A stretch of DNA of 64,000 bases from Podarcis cretensis (GCA_951804945.1 OX638149.1:63302001-63366000), one strand, 5' to 3'. Counted from the first letter of the stretch, positions 1-14,756 are shown. Translations and numbers: made by a program. The notes: generated from the sequence alone by a model not told the origin.

Positions 1-3000
1 AGACAAGAACACACTGAAAGATGAGCATAATTTCCATCACTGCGCTGAAATGTTGATATCAAAGCTCAGACATCAATGAGCTCAGAAAATGTACAGAACA
101 CTCATCCCTAAGGGGATATTTTTGCTACAAGCATGCTTTAAGGCTTAAAAAGTTGCACAATTGACCTTTAATGAATAATTCTGCCCTTGGATGCAGCATT
201 TTCTCCCACTAATCCTATTAGATAAACTAGTGGGGCTGTAGGGGGCTCTAAACCTCATCTCTCATGAAAGTCCTGATCTGGAATAGGACGAAAATCCCTT
301 CTAAATGAAAAGGACATTTTTACAGGAGTGCCCCGAATCACATTTGAAACGAGAGTGAGGAGGGAACTTGTTGGAGTCCGGATCCACATTGGCTGTTTAT
401 TGGGTAAGGGGAGCAAACCCTGTACTCAAGGGCAGAACTATGACATTTAAGTCACGGGTAGGTTGGTCTTAGTACTTAATCTTTTGGAACAGAGTTGTAC
501 GTCCTGGTGCAGCCAGCAGCCAGCAGAGAGGTTTTCACAGGTTGCTAGCTGTGAAATAAGCTGCGAAACCGGTTGTGGACCAACAGCAGTAGTGCACACA
601 AAATGTGTTGGTTGTAAAAGCTGAAGGCTGCTCACCTTAACTCAGGGAAGTACAGTCCCCACCCCTGATTATTTGGAAAATACTGTACCCAGAGCTAAAC
701 TGAAGCCTGTTTTATTGTGGAGTGAAAACTTTTGCGTATACTCAGTGATTGCTGGCTCTTGTTAAGTGTTGTTGTTGTTGCTGAACTGTGCTTGTTTTGC
801 ATGGACATTTTATTTTATTTTTACGTCCCCCTTTGGATATTTTCCCTATTTCTCCGTCTCCCCACAACTTTCTAAGTCTGTGGAAATTTGCAGAGAATGA
901 GGATCTGAAGTACAAGTGATCGTGAATAACCTATTCCAACATGGATGTTTCTGGTATTTGGAGACTTTTGAGAAGTTTTCGCTCATTCACAGGACTTCTA
1001 AGTGATAGCAAGAGTATTTCCACTTAAAGGTGTTCCAATAAATATTTGCTGGAAACTATCAAGTGAGAACTACAGAGGAAAATATGTCGGTGTATTTATT
1101 CCACTCATACCTGAATCATTTTTAGTTAATGGTGATGGGTATCTGTATTGCTAGAGCCAACGACTCAAATCTTTACCACAATGTTCTCATTTCCAGTTCT
1201 ATTGCAAGGGGGGATGAGTTTGGCATTGTTTAAATGCTTCTAAATTATGCCTTTGGTATCAAATAAGTAAATGAATCAGAGGAGAGGACTGATTTGACTT
1301 TGTGCCATTAGTGCTTTTGTATAAAGATGGCAACTAAGTTGATCAGCCCAAAGCGGAGTACATCAGTCATGTACTAAAGACACAAACCACTTCGCAGTAA
1401 GTGCAGTCGAGCAGCACACCACAACCAGAAATATGGATTGCTTGCATTTATTTCCCTTGAAAGCCAATTGTTGTGACACTCCAGAAGCTTGACTGAAGAG
1501 GCTTGAAAACCCTGTGGTATTACAAATGGCACCTAGGCAAAAATGTTATGTGCCTGACCTTTCCTCGATGTGCCACACAGCAGCCAGTAACAAAACAAGC
1601 TGTCTAAATGTCAAAGCAGCAGAATAAATAAGAAAATCCAATCACTGAGCCGGTAGCTACCAGTTAGATTCCTCTGCTTATATCATCGGCATGCGGCAAG
1701 GGAAATCTCATTTGTTTTACTGCCCCATCATTGAGTCGTCCTAGCCTAGCACAAAAAATGCCAGTGCTGTGCAGTCTTCATATTATGGGTAGAAGTCTGA
1801 TACTTGGGGAGGGGGTGGGACAAATGGTATTGGATAATGTTTTTCTATCGCCCTATCCTTCTATCACTCCATCCCCCCATTGTATGAAAGAGCTGATCAT
1901 GACTTTTCAGAAACAAAGTTTGTCCGATGTGTATCTCAGTAATGGACTGGATGAGCGCAAACAACACAGAGCTCAATCTAGATAAGATTGTCGGTAGTGG
2001 TTGCCAAGTCCAGGCAGGGGAGGCACAACCCATTCTGCATGGAGCCACACTCTTCTTGAACGAGTAGGTGCACAGCTGAAAGGGTACTCCAGGACCCATC
2101 ACTGTCACAAGCCTCCATGGTGCAAGGAAAGGCAGCTGGCTTTCTCCTGATGGCATCATATTAGTTGGCTGGTGGTGAGGACAGTATCTCACACACTGGT
2201 TCTTCATTTATCCTGGTCTGCAGTGTAGACCAGAGGTAGCCAATGTAGTAACCTCCAGGTGTTGCTGAACTATGGCTTCCATCAGGCCTGATCATTAGCC
2301 ATCCAGGTTGGGGCTGATGGGAGTTGCAGTCCAACAATGTCTAAAGGGCATCAGGTTGGACATAGATAAACTGTAGATAAACCACAATGGACTCAATGGA
2401 AATTCCAAAGCAGTGCTCCCAACCCACCAACTTAGAGGAACACCGTTCTTCATATGCTTGCCTCTCTCCAATTGAATTTCCCCCTCCATCCTGGGGCTTG
2501 TCACACTGTTACATTTAATTCCCCCTGTGATCAAGAGCCCTTTTCTCAAAGAGCATGTATAAATAAACCACCCAAACTTTTGTTTTCCCACTCCCTCCTA
2601 CAGTGTTGACTTAGTAATGTACGTAAGGAAAACAGGGCCACTGTGACCTCATGCTGAGCAGAATAAAAGGAGAAGAAATGTGCTTTTTGAAAAACATCTC
2701 AGCCTCACATCCTTGAGTGCATTAGTCCCCAAAAGTTTAGTTCCTGGAGTTTGCTCAGCAAGCTGACAACAGGGCTGTTTGGCTGCCAAAACCTGAAAGA
2801 GAAAAACAGATCTCCAGCTGAGATGCAGCCACTGTTTCTGTATTTTATTTATTTATGTAGATGCTTTCCCTTTCCTGCCTCAATTACAATTTCAAGAGGG
2901 CTCATTACAGTATCTCTCTCCCTTGGGCACGGTTCTCGTTTACGCAGTTTTGTACTTTCACAAAGGGTGGGATCCAATGGGTGCTGCTGCACTGATGGAA

Positions 3001-4208
3001 GGCATCCATCAGCGGAATGGGAAGAGAGGCAGCTCTCAGTGATAACTCCGCTCTTCTGAATCCACCCCCCCCCAACCAAAATCTGTGATGGGAGATTGGG
3101 AGATATGTGGGAAACTATGGGGAGGCTTTCAGACACAGTATGCCTCTGACTACCAGTTGCTGGGAGCTGCAGGCGGGGAGAGAGCTGTTCTGTTCAGCCT
3201 CTGCTTGCAGGCTTCCAGTGGACATCTGGTTGGCCACTGTGAGAACAAAGGGCAGGACTACATGGGACTTTGGCCTGTTCTAATGGGAATGAATCTCTGA
3301 AAGTTGCCTCTTTCTCCTCATTCCACTGGCAGGCATCTTGCATCAGTGTAGCAAGACTCCTTTGATTCCACCCCCACTTTTTTAACTCCCAATGACATAG
3401 ATGCTTTGTCAGAGCAGAACTCTCCTATCAGAATTTTCCCTGCACCAGGTACCAAGAGTTTTCAGAACTCCAAGTGGTCTCTTTACCTCAGAGATACCCC
3501 TCACGGACGGGGCCCTTACTCAGAGAGATTGGTCATCCCCTTCTCCCGCCACTCTTCCCTTCTTCCTAGTTTGCTTCTGGGGTTTACAGTCCCAAACTCT
3601 TCCTTCCTGTTTCTCTTTTCTCCACTCTTCTTGTCCTGACAGAGCTAGCACAATTTCCATCTGCTGTTTGGTCCTTCCTATGCCTCTCTCATTTTCTCCC
3701 TCTGCTCCAAGGCCTGTTGACTTCCTCGTAGTATCTGTGCTTCTAATCTGTCACTCCTGTTCCTTTCCTCCTCTATGCTAGGACTGGTACCGGGCAGTCC
3801 CACACAAGAGCTTTCAAAGAGATGCTGACCACTCTCTGCATCCTTCCAATGTGCATCATTCCTGCGCAGCTCCACTTTTGTCATACAGGCTGAAGAGCCA
3901 CACAGAAACAGACTGCTTTGATAGGATCCCCTCATACCTCCCTATTGACTTTGCCTTCTTTTTGCAACTTCTAGCAGCAAACTTTCCAAACCTGCCTGAA
4001 TTGTAATTCAATCCCATGTCCTACAGATTCAAGATCCAGGCTTAATTGCCCTATATTTTTTGTGGGGGGGAGAGGTGTTTGATAATTCTAGCCTGCTTCT
4101 CAAGTCTACCACAATTTTGAGAACATTGCCCTCATTCTGTTTTGGGAGATTATAATGCTTGCATGCATAATCCTACTTCTTAAATGGATTTGTTTCTTAA
4201 CATCTAGC

Positions 4209-4209
<1 letters not shown>

Positions 4210-4246
<37 letters not shown>

Positions 4247-4350
4247 ATTTATTATACCCTGCCCATCTGATTTGGTTGCCCCAGCCACTCTGGGCAGCTT
4301 CCAAGAAAAATACAGGAAAAACAACAACAAACATTAGAGGCTTCCTGAAA
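4210..4350 (-). mobile_element. Short L2 3' end with (ATT)n tail
   Basis: Reverse complement of the same 3' motif (gcccatctg...ccccagccactctgggcagcttcc), with an (AAT)n microsatellite at 4210-4244. Confidence 0.75.
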
Positions 4351-4515
4351 CATACACTAATACATACTCTAGTTGATTAACTGTTGCCCGTCCACCTTTA
4401 GGCATATTAAAATATCCTAAATGTTTTAGAATAATTTTCTAGTTCCTTGTCAGACTAACCCCAAAGAAGTAAAAATTAAATATGCATCTTGCAGCTGCTA
4501 AACACCTGAAACTGT

Positions 4516-4585
4516 CTTATACTAACTCAGATTGTTTGTTCACCTTATACTAACTCACAATATACTAACTCAGATTGTTTGTTCA
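4516..4585. repeat. Local tandem duplication (TATACTAACTCA x3)
   Basis: TATACTAACTCAGATTGTTTGTTCA occurs twice, with a partial unit between. Confidence 0.9.
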
Positions 4586-5116
4586 TAGTATTGTATATCC
4601 TGGTTGCTAGTAGTTCTGTAAAGTCTCAGGAAGAAGCCACTCTCAGTAATGCCCATGATCCCTCATTTAAGTTCTAGGAATGGAAAATGGAACCTCCAGC
4701 ATGAAAAATGTGCTTTACTACTCAACTATGACCCTGCCAGTTCTTTCCTGTGTTGATGTTCCTGATACTGCATATGGCAGGTTTTTTTCCCAGCAAGCCT
4801 GTTGCCTGTAATAGCACTGCAGCTGGGATTTGGGTATTTGATTGTTTGTCTGGGTTGGCCTGATATTTCCAGCTTCTATGATTTGTAAGTTGTTCATTGG
4901 TTCACATCACAAGACATGAAGAGTAGTGAAATAATGAATCCTATAAAGTGGGATTCTATACATACTCATAGTAGTTGCACACATACATACATGGGAATAA
5001 GTCCCATAAAAAAACAGTGGGACTTACTTCCATGGAATTATGCATAGAACTGCAACCTAATAAGTCTTTTTGTTTGACTATGTTTTGTCCTATGCTTTCC
5101 CCATTCATTTGAAATA

Positions 5117-5477
5117 AAAAGGTAAGGTAAAGGACCCCTGACAGTTAAGTCCAGTCGTGAATGACTCTGGTGTTGTGGTGCTCATCTCACTTTACTGGCT
5201 GAGGGAGCCGATGTTTTGTCCGCAGACAGTTTTTGCAGGTCATGTGGCCAGCATGACTGAGCCGCTTCTGGCGAAACCAGAGCAGCACACGGAAACACCG
5301 TTTACCTTCCCGCCGGAGCGGTACCTATTTATCTACTTGCACTTTGATGTGCTTTTGAACTGCTAGGTTGGCAGGAGCTGGGACCGAGCAACAGGAGCAC
5401 ACCCTGCTGCGGGGATTTGAACCACCGACCTTCCGATCGGCAAGCCCTAGGCTCAGTGGTTTAGACTACAATGCCAC
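5117..5477 (-). mobile_element. Sauria SINE
   Basis: (ACCTTT)-type tail and a tRNA-derived head with B box GGTTCAAATCC. Homologous to the two other copies in the window. The 11-bp TSD CATTTGAAATA is at 5106-5116 and 5478-5488. Confidence 0.93.
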
Positions 5478-8114
5478 CATTTGAAATACATTTCATTTAA
5501 TAAGCATTTTATATAAGGGTATCAGCTTTTCAACCAACCTTTTAGCTGTGGCTTTATTTGAACCAATTAGCAGTTGAAAACACTTATCTGAATGAACTTA
5601 GACAAAGTATTTCACTTTGATGTAAATGTACATGAGAGTTTTAAGCTTGTAATTCTATACCCAATATCTGAGAGTCAAAGCCCCCCCCCAACAAAAAAAA
5701 GACTCAGTGGCTGTTACTTCTGAGTAGTCATGCATAGGACCCATATTGTCAAGGTAGGGGAAAGCTTGAGAAAATAAAAACCTCCTAGGCACATGCCTTT
5801 CGGTGTGTACAGCTCTGTCTTTCTGATTAATTGCTCACATTTTATTTTTGCAGAAGTCACAGACCGGGCAGTTTCCATCATTGACTAGTATATGAAGGGA
5901 TTCAGTTTGCATTATTCTCAAGTCCCTGTTCTTTGTGTGAAGTAATTAATCATTCTAAACTACTGAAATAAAGGTAAGTGAAGTGTAAAATAACTTATTA
6001 ATTTACTACTTTGCTCATATCCACTTTTGAAAGAGTTTAACTTAATTTGCTGCCAGAGGAAATGCCTCCTGCTAACTGGCATTATGCTGAAGTTGTGATA
6101 GATAAAAATTCCTCTTAATATATACAAGGCCAAATCACATATCTTGCATATCTTAACCAAATTGGAGCTCAGCTGAAATTGATCAGAAAACATTTTTACG
6201 AGAAAGTTTCTGCGACCCCTTTTTTCCTCCCCTTAGAAAATACCACTTTGCAGAATTTCCTTGGAATATTACCACCACGTCGTTTGAATGGCAAGCACCC
6301 CTACCGCTCCATAGTGCCCCACCCTGAATGATGCTTATCTTCTTCTCTCAAGAAGGTAAAATAAGTTTCTATATTGTATTTATCACAATGAGATTACTGG
6401 GCAGTAAGAATAGCCGTCAAACTGGTTTTCAAATGAGTTCTCATTCATCTAGACAGTTTTCAAGGCAAGATCTTCCTAGCTTCACCCAGCTGCCTAGCAT
6501 GGTTTTTCGGTGCCCACTGGGTGTGTGCACACCGGGGGCAGGGTGGGTCATGGAAGGTGAACGGAGCCTGCCATGCCAGCCCAGCCCTTGCTGCCAGTGC
6601 CTCTGGAGTGACTCTCCCACCTGAAGCCAAGCAAGGCCACATTGTGCCGCTGGCCTGCCCACAAAGTCTCACCCTTGCTTTGTAAGGCTGAGGTTGAAGG
6701 GCACATGGCTGTTGCATCCTCCTCACACGGCCCTGCCAGCCCTGAACCACTCTTTGAGGCTGGAATCTGATCTGAATAATTCACCCTGTACCTCCCCTGC
6801 CGCCTGAAGCTTGCATTGTATCTGCTTTTCTGATTCTGTCATGGTCCATGCAGGCTACCCAAGCATCTTCCTAGTCTTCACTGACTTGTCCTCCTTTTCA
6901 CTCCCTATAATAATCTTGCATTATGTTGAGTTCATTTAAACGATTGTAGAGCAGCCATGCCAGTTTTTTTTATCTTCGTTTTTGTAGGCTTACAATTCTC
7001 TGTCTAGAATATCTCAGTGGAACAGCCATGCCCTCTTGAACTCTTTTCTATTAGGTTTTCTTTCGAAGAAGATTCCCTTAATCATGAAGTCTGGTTTTCT
7101 AGAATCTTCTTCCTTTTTCCTTTACTTTGGGTCACAAAAATATATGTGTCCCCCCCCCATATTACCCCCGCTTTTTCTCACCCGCAAGGCACCTGACACT
7201 TGTGTGTTCACTAAGAATCCTCCTTTGCTAATCAATAAATGCTGACTCTAGCTGCCAACTTTTCATATAATATTTAATACAAAAATGCTGTCTGTAGAAG
7301 TCTTGTTGTGAAATACATCACAACAGTTGTTTAGCTGCTTTTCTCTGTTAATGAGAACCAGATCTAAAACAGTTGAGTCTTTACTTGCTGCTTCAGTCAT
7401 CTGAAGCAACAGGTTCTTACCACAACCCAAGTTTTCATGCATTTTTAAAATGAATATCAGTATTGACGTCCTCCATTATCTGACTTGTGCATAGTTAAAT
7501 CCTTTCTTCTAGAACCCCAGACAACTATGTCTCTTATCTGTTTTGGTGGTATACAGGAGACTCCAATTATAATACCTTAGAGAAAACACCGGAAAAATAT
7601 GAAGTAATGAGAATGAAGGAGGATAAAATCGCAGAGAACAAAGCAGGGAAGGCAGAGACAGGTTATCCACAAAATCAAACTGGATATTCTAGCTCTGGGA
7701 ATGAATTAAAATTTTGTCAGTGCACTTCTCATTTGGTATATGTTTCACTACACAAAGCAAGCAGTGGGTGCTGATGAACAACAGGTGAGGGACAACAAAA
7801 TGGTGGATGAGACTTAGGTCCCATTTACACTGTACATTTAAAGCAGTATCATAACTCTTTAAACAGTCATGGCTTCCCCCAAATGTATCATGGGTATTGT
7901 CATTTCTTAAGGGAGAGATGTTAGGAGACCCCCTAGTCCCCCCGCAGAGCCTCAGTTCTCAGCGTGGTTTAACAGTCAATCCCACTTTCCCAGAGAGCTC
8001 AAGGAATTGTAGCTCTATGAGGGAAATAAGGGTCTCTTACCAACCTTAAATGTAAACTGCAGAGGAGGTCCTACTTCATATGCAAACTGATGCACATGGG
8101 ACATCCTGACACCG

Positions 8115-8690
8115 TGTGATATGATCTGAATTGGCTGTTGCTATGAGGAAAGAGATCTTGGGAGTCCACTGAAACCATCAACTCACTGTGCAGCAGCTGT
8201 GAAAAATGCAAACCCAGTGTTGATAATGATTAGGAAAGAAGTTTGAAATAAAGCTGCCAGGATCATAATGCCTTTATGGTATGGCCACATTGGGAGTTTA
8301 GTATCCAGTTCTGATTGCCTCATCTCAAAAAGAACATCACAACACTGGAAAAGACAGAATGAGGAAAAACTCAATAAAAATACTGGTTGGTTGGTTTGCA
8401 TACAAATGTTTATATAAGCACTTGGTCCATTACTTTTTTGAGGGAGGACAATAACTAAGAGGGGGCACGATAGAGGTTTATACAATTACAATTGGCATGG
8501 AGATGGTAAAGAAAGATTTTTTCTTTCTTTCTTTCTCTTTAAATACTGGAAGTTTGGGTGCCATCCAAATAAATGGATCAGTAGCAGGTTCAGAACAGAC
8601 AAAAGGAAGTTGTGTTTCATACAACATATAGCTGATTTTAAAGAATTTGATTCCATAGGATGTGGTGATGGTCAGTTATATAAGATGGAG
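8115..8690 (+). mobile_element. Decayed CR1 LINE ORF2 3' fragment
   Basis: Degenerate CR1 peptide motifs (ERDLGV, CAAAVKNAN, IIMPL, PHLKKNI, LRGGTIEVY) with frameshifts and stops. Confidence 0.8.
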
Positions 8691-11600
8691 CAGATTGTGC
8701 TTATCCACCTCTGTGGGAAGACTTGAAAAGTAGAGGTCTCCTTGGATTCTGCCTGGCAAGTCAGATCAACTAAATTGATGGCAGCTGGCTTCTTCTAACT
8801 GCTTGCCAGATCCTGATTTGTCTTTGTGGCAGAGACTTTGTTAAGCTGCTGAAAAGAAGAAATGGATTTGGGTTTAATTTTATTATTGTAATATGTGCGT
8901 CAATTAAATCTCTAACTACCTAACAGCATACTTAATGGCAGTGCTCATATAGCTAAAAAAGTCAAATTGTGCCTCACAAATAATCCTTTAAAAGGGGATT
9001 TGAGTAAGACCGAGATGATAAGAGCTGTAATTTTGGATGATGTGTTCTATAAAGCTCAACATGCATCTGTAATAACTGGTAGTGATGAAGGTTTTCACCT
9101 CAGGGTTGAGTCATTTCCTCCAGCCACAATTACTCAGCTAACTCCTTGCCCTTCACAGAGCGAGAGCCTGAACTTGGCCCTGGATGTGTGTGGTCAGTTG
9201 ACTGCCGATAGGATGTTAGAAAGTGCTAAGCAATGTTTAACCACAGCAATTAAATGCAGACAGGCATTTATAAATCATCAAACTATTGTATGGGGTTGTA
9301 GCAGCTCAGCTCTTCTAGTTTAAGATGAGCATTTTTGGGTGTTCTGTGATCTTTAACACATCAAAAATATTAAGTGTCCTGCTATAATGAGTTCATATTA
9401 TTGTAATGATAAGGTCTGAACTGAAATCAAGGAGGGCGATATTCTGTAAAACGCTTTCAAAAATGTGACTCCCTTTAAGGACTCCTTAGAGGGGCTGCAA
9501 AATGGGTGCAGGGTCAATATAGTGCTTGCATTCAGCCATTGCCTGACCCTTTTGGTATTTTAGGTGCCACATGGCATTTAGGAAGCCAGCAGTCCAGGCT
9601 GTGCTTTTCATAACCTCAGTCAGCTTCAGCACCGTTTGTTGGCATTGAAAATAGTCATCCTTTCCCCAAGAATGACAGCATCACATAGCTAACCATATTG
9701 GGATTTGTGGTGATGCCAATTGGGGAAAATAAAGCTAATTCAGATTTGGGTTGGGCAAGCACACTCGACATTTCCTGAGCACTTGACATGCATAGTCTAA
9801 GGATATAGTTGCCTGCCAGCATGCCACCCTGCCCATCCCAGTAAACATGGGAGAGGACCAGCAGGTCTCTCTGCCAATGGCAAACAATGATCTGTTCATC
9901 TTCTGTCACTGTGGGGTTTGGAGCTTCATGTATGTGGCTGAATTCAGCTTTGACTAAAAAATAAGCTGAGCTACATGCGAGGTTGTGGGGGGATAGGTCT
10001 TTTTCATCCGAACTCAAGGCATTTCACAAGATAATGTCCCATTCATTATAGAATGTTTTGCTTATGGAAAGTTTTCTAAGCCAAAAGTTGCTAAGCACAT
10101 AATAGATTACAAGTGTACTCAGGAATTTTCCCATTGTTGCTGTTCTAGAAGATGCATTGCACTGGGTCCTCTCACTATTGTGGTGGAGATGAAGAAGTTG
10201 CTGCAACAAAGAGCTGTAGGAACTTAATCTATTGTTTCTCATCCTTTGGGTTCCTATTACTGTATGTCAGTTCCCTCCTGGTCTGATCCCTTCCAGTTTA
10301 GAGCACCTTATGATATTTTGACAGTCATCTTATGGAATATTGTACAATTATAGAGTTGCTTTTGTTGCTTTTAGTTTATTGAGCCTGCAATCGTTTGTGT
10401 TTTATCATATTGTTGGTACTTTGGTAGCTTTTCATTTATAAATGGTTTATAAATCTGCAAAAACAACAACAACCCAAACAAACCCAACTTCAAATTCAGC
10501 TCACTGAGGACGATGCTTATTGGGTGACCTTTAGCAACACACAATTTCCAGCCCAATTTGCCCTGGAAGGTGGTTATTCAGATAAACGAGCACTGTGGCA
10601 TCAAATTGCAGAAGTCTGGTCATTGGCTTTTATTGATGTGATGAAATCTGACTTGCGTTTCTGGCAGAAAATGTCCTTGTCAAACCCAGTTCAGGCAGTT
10701 AAGTCCAATAGATAAATTCCTGTGCTCTGCGCACAGTGGAAATTTTGGTGCATGTTACCCTTCCACCAGCTTCGTCTTTTAATGGACAATGTTGATGAAC
10801 ATAGTGCAAAAGCTTTGCTTAGAACAATGATTTAGAAGCCCACATCCCTGTCTTCTTTTTGGATTGGGTGTTTCCCTCATTTAAGTAACTGTAGAAAGAA
10901 GTACTCCTACCTTTGAAAGAGAAATAGCTGAATGACACACCTGAAAAGAGAGTTGGGATATATTTCCCCATATATGTATAGGATGATTTTCTTGCCAGAA
11001 GAGAGCAGTGCATCAGCAGTGGAGCCTTAGCAACATGCACATTGATTTTCTTCCTTCCTGAACTACTGCAGAACAATTGGTCAAGGTGAACAGAAATGCT
11101 GTAAATGAAAACAGAAGGAGATGGAGATAAATTGATAGCTCGCACAGCCAAAGCTTGAATTAGACAGGTACTTTGTAGGCCTTAAATGAATGGGGGCTTT
11201 AAACTCTGGGTATGAATTCAAAAAGGTCACGACAATACTTCTCCGATATCAGTTTTTGCCCTTGATTTGTTTCTAGGTAAATGAATTAAAGCATGACATC
11301 ATGTTGCCTCAGCATATGATAATGCCAACCAATCAGAATATACACTGTGTTGCACCTTTAAGTCATTTGATCCGTAGTGCAGTTGTGTTTGTTTGCTTTA
11401 TGTTTTTTAACATCTACAGCAGGGTGGTGTGTGTTTTAGCTTTTGAGCATTACTGATTTCCTTGTCTCCTCCTAACAGAAGGGGACTATATGACTTACAA
11501 AGCCAGCAAACACTTTGGTTGATACGAACATTTAGATTTGCATAATGCAGATTGCTTGGTATGGTGCCATTTAGAAGAAGGTGTGGGGATATGGAGAGAG

Positions 11601-11977
11601 AATGTGCCTAAAGTGAAAAAAGACTGTGTGGCAATGAGTTGAGGACAGGAAAAGGGAGAGGCAGATTTTTATTCTACGGCAAGATGTACCCTCCCTACAC
11701 ATACATTTCTATATCTTTCCATTTTCCAAAAATACATAAGGACTGCACCAATAATGGATGGTGGAATGGGGCTGCACTGCTTGCCTGGCCTCCCTCTGAC
11801 TGTATTGCTGCTGTATATCAGGATGGAGGCAAACAGGGGTGAGGCATGATGTTTTTGGTGTGGCCCAAGTGCACCAGCAGAGCCAATCCCGTGCTCCTCC
11901 TGCCACCTTGCCCCTACCTCTCTCCACCTCAGAATGCAGTAGTGACTTAGCCAGAGGGAGACCAGGTGCAGCCCCAC

Positions 11978-12180
11978 CACCTTCTCAGTGGTGATGCCCA
12001 CCCTGTGAAATGCTCTTCCATCAGATATCAAGGAAATAAACAACTATCTGACTTTTAGAAGACATCTGAAGGCAACCCTGTTTTGGGAAATTTTTAATGT
12101 CTAATGTTTTACCATTTCTTTATGTGCTGTAAGCTGCCCAGAATGGCTGGGGAAACCCAGCCAGATGGGCAAGGTATAAA
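11978..12180 (+). mobile_element. L2 LINE 3' end, same family as 17590
   Basis: Collinear with 17683-17880. Confidence 0.85.
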
Positions 12181-13160
12181 GAACCACCACCACCACCATG
12201 TCATCTGCTACAAACTATTCTGCAGCACACAGCACTGAGCTGTCTAACCCTAGGTGGCAAATTAGAGAATGCATGAACTAAGCAGCAAATCATAACTCTC
12301 GGGCCCCCATACTAGACTCTGAGAAAGCAGTGACACTTTTCTCTCTCATCTGGGGCCTCCTTTCAAGTGAGACCTCTGGATCCACCCCTTATCTTCTTCT
12401 CTGTGAGAAATTCCATCTGGGCTTACCTGCCCCCAACACAGGAGATGTAGGTGATAGGCTGTAGGTTGGCTACCCCTTTTCCTTCAAGTGGTCAGACCTG
12501 GTTCCAGCTAGTACAATTTGCTTCAGTGCTTGGAGTGGGGTTTGCCAAGCTTTTGGCACTCATGGGTACATTTGCAAACTGGAGAAAATGTTGTGGACTG
12601 CACATGCACACACACAGAAACCAGGGATGCATCAAAGTCCATTTTATTGTCTACAGTAGATAACTTCTTTGAAGCCTAATTTCAGCAGTGGGAGGGGTCT
12701 CCAGGATAGGCCTCTACAGGTGCATGGGTGCCCATGGTGCCAAGCTGACAGCCTCTAGCCTAGACACTGAAGTTGTGCAATTACTTTTCATTCCATTTAT
12801 ACCCACATTTCCTTAATAGAACTGAAGGGCTCCAAGAAAGGCTTCTATCCAGCCATGGAACCAAAGCTGCTTAATGTCAATAAATTCAGTTCTATAGATA
12901 GGTCTGGAAGCAGTGGCTGAAGGCATCAACTATTTTTTACCTGTCTATACTTTACCAGTGAAAGGACCCAGCTGGAAACTCTGACGTACACTGTAACAAA
13001 CCAAATAAAAAGAATGATTTGAGATAACCTTGAAGGGGTCTAATGAGCAGGCAAACAATTGACGTCACATAAGATTTCTATTGCTAGCAAAATGGAGGTG
13101 ATACTGAGTTTAAGAAAAGCACAAACTAAGTCTTACTTTGATTTGAAGAAGAAAAGAGGC

Positions 13161-13205
<45 letters not shown>
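13161..13205. repeat. (GT)n microsatellite
   Basis: Seen directly. Confidence 0.98.
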
Positions 13206-13206
<1 letters not shown>

Positions 13207-14680
13207 TGTCTTAGTCTTTGAGTGAAAGATTCTGTGTAGTTCTAATAGGAGGAAAGGATTAAATCTAATGACACCGTGGCAATGCAAAACAATTCTGTTT
13301 TCTTCAATAATTGTGCATTTCATAAATACAAAGCTTGCTCACCTACTAATAAAGTACTTCATATTGCAGTGCTTTTTGCAGAAATAGGAAGGGCCATAGT
13401 TTAGTGACAGTCGTACATTCATTGCTTTTAAAGTGGCTGGTTCAAATCCAGGTATCTCCAACTGTAGGTTCGCAGATAGCAGAGCTGGAAGACACCTCAG
13501 CTTGACATTTTGCAGTATTGTTTCTAATTTAGACAGAACTAATACTGTCAGGCTAAGGTTGCATTCACATGACAGTTTATCCCCTCTTTCCAACATTTCC
13601 CTACTGTTAATTGCTCTAGATGGACTTTTTGTCTGATCCAGCAGGGATCTGATGTTTATTAATTTCAATCTCATTATATTGCCTGTGGATTCACACATTA
13701 CATGAGTTACAGGGCTGGTGCTGGAAACATTCCCAGTTTCCCTCCCCACCTCAAAGTCACTGGCTGCCATCTGTCTGGTGAAGGAAATGCATAATACGTG
13801 GAGCTCATGACAACTACTGAAGTGGAGTAAAAACACATAAGCATGTTGATACTGCAACAGAGGGCAATATGGGACATTCTGTAGCAGCCTTCTCCAGCAA
13901 AGTTCTCTCCACCTGTTTTGGACTACAACTCCAACTCCAACTCAGCCCCAGCCAGCATGGCCAATGGTCAAGGAAGATGGGAGCTGTAGACAAAAACTTC
14001 TAGAGGGCTTCACATTGTGTATAGGGTAGACTTGGCTACAGAGATGGTAGCAGCCCAGGTCTCCCCCTTCATTCTACAGTGCCTGTGTGGAACTGAGGGT
14101 GATTTACAACAACCTGAAATCACAATGTCGTATAAAACACAACAAATAAATGCAACCACAAGGTGTGTTTCCACTCCTTTTCTTCCATAGCCTGATTCCA
14201 AATATTTTTATGTTATTTCGTAGATAATTTGACCCTTGCATTCGTCCCGAAGCTTGGAATATTCCTTAAAAAACCCCACATGGATACAGCAAGCAGGTAA
14301 TAAACAGATGGTGTACTCTGCGTGTGTGGGTTTTTTCGCCTGGTGCTCCACAGCAACAAGGCGGGAAATCGAAAAGTCCCCAACATAAACAGATGGGATG
14401 GCGAGCAAACTGACATTGTCAGCAGTGGTTTTGCTTATTTTCAGATGGCGCCCAGCCTTGCTCCACAGGATCATCTGCAATTCTCAAATTCACATTCTGT
14501 TGTAAAACTGGCTCCTACATTTCATTTTGTATTCAGAGGATCACTCCTGTGAGTGACCATGTGGACAAAAGTGTGAGCAAGTTATTTCTGTGGTTTGAGT
14601 CCCCGTCTGTGAACTCTGTCAAACAAGACAGTGTGGTTACTCTTTATCTTTTCAGTACTTGTACTTGTCCTTCTTTCTGA

Positions 14681-14756
14681 TTTTTGTATTTTTCTGTTCA
14701 ACCAAAGCACTAAGGTAGTTTTTGTATTTTTCTGTTCAACCAAAGCACTAAGGTAG
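14681..14756. repeat. Perfect 38-bp tandem duplication
   Basis: TTTTTGTATTTTTCTGTTCAACCAAAGCACTAAGGTAG x2. Confidence 0.95.

Noticed and set aside
325-720. Possible minus-strand LTR
   Set aside because: Some CpG retention and a minus-strand AATAAA, but no defined termini or TSD.
3878-3915. Hammerhead ribozyme-like GTC...CTGAAGA...GAAAC
   Set aside because: Stems I and II cannot pair, so this is a chance core match.
13339-13857. 172-aa minus-strand ORF (and the 156-aa ORF at 26876)
   Set aside because: Non-ATG start, no recognisable motif and no exon signals, consistent with chance in 64 kb.
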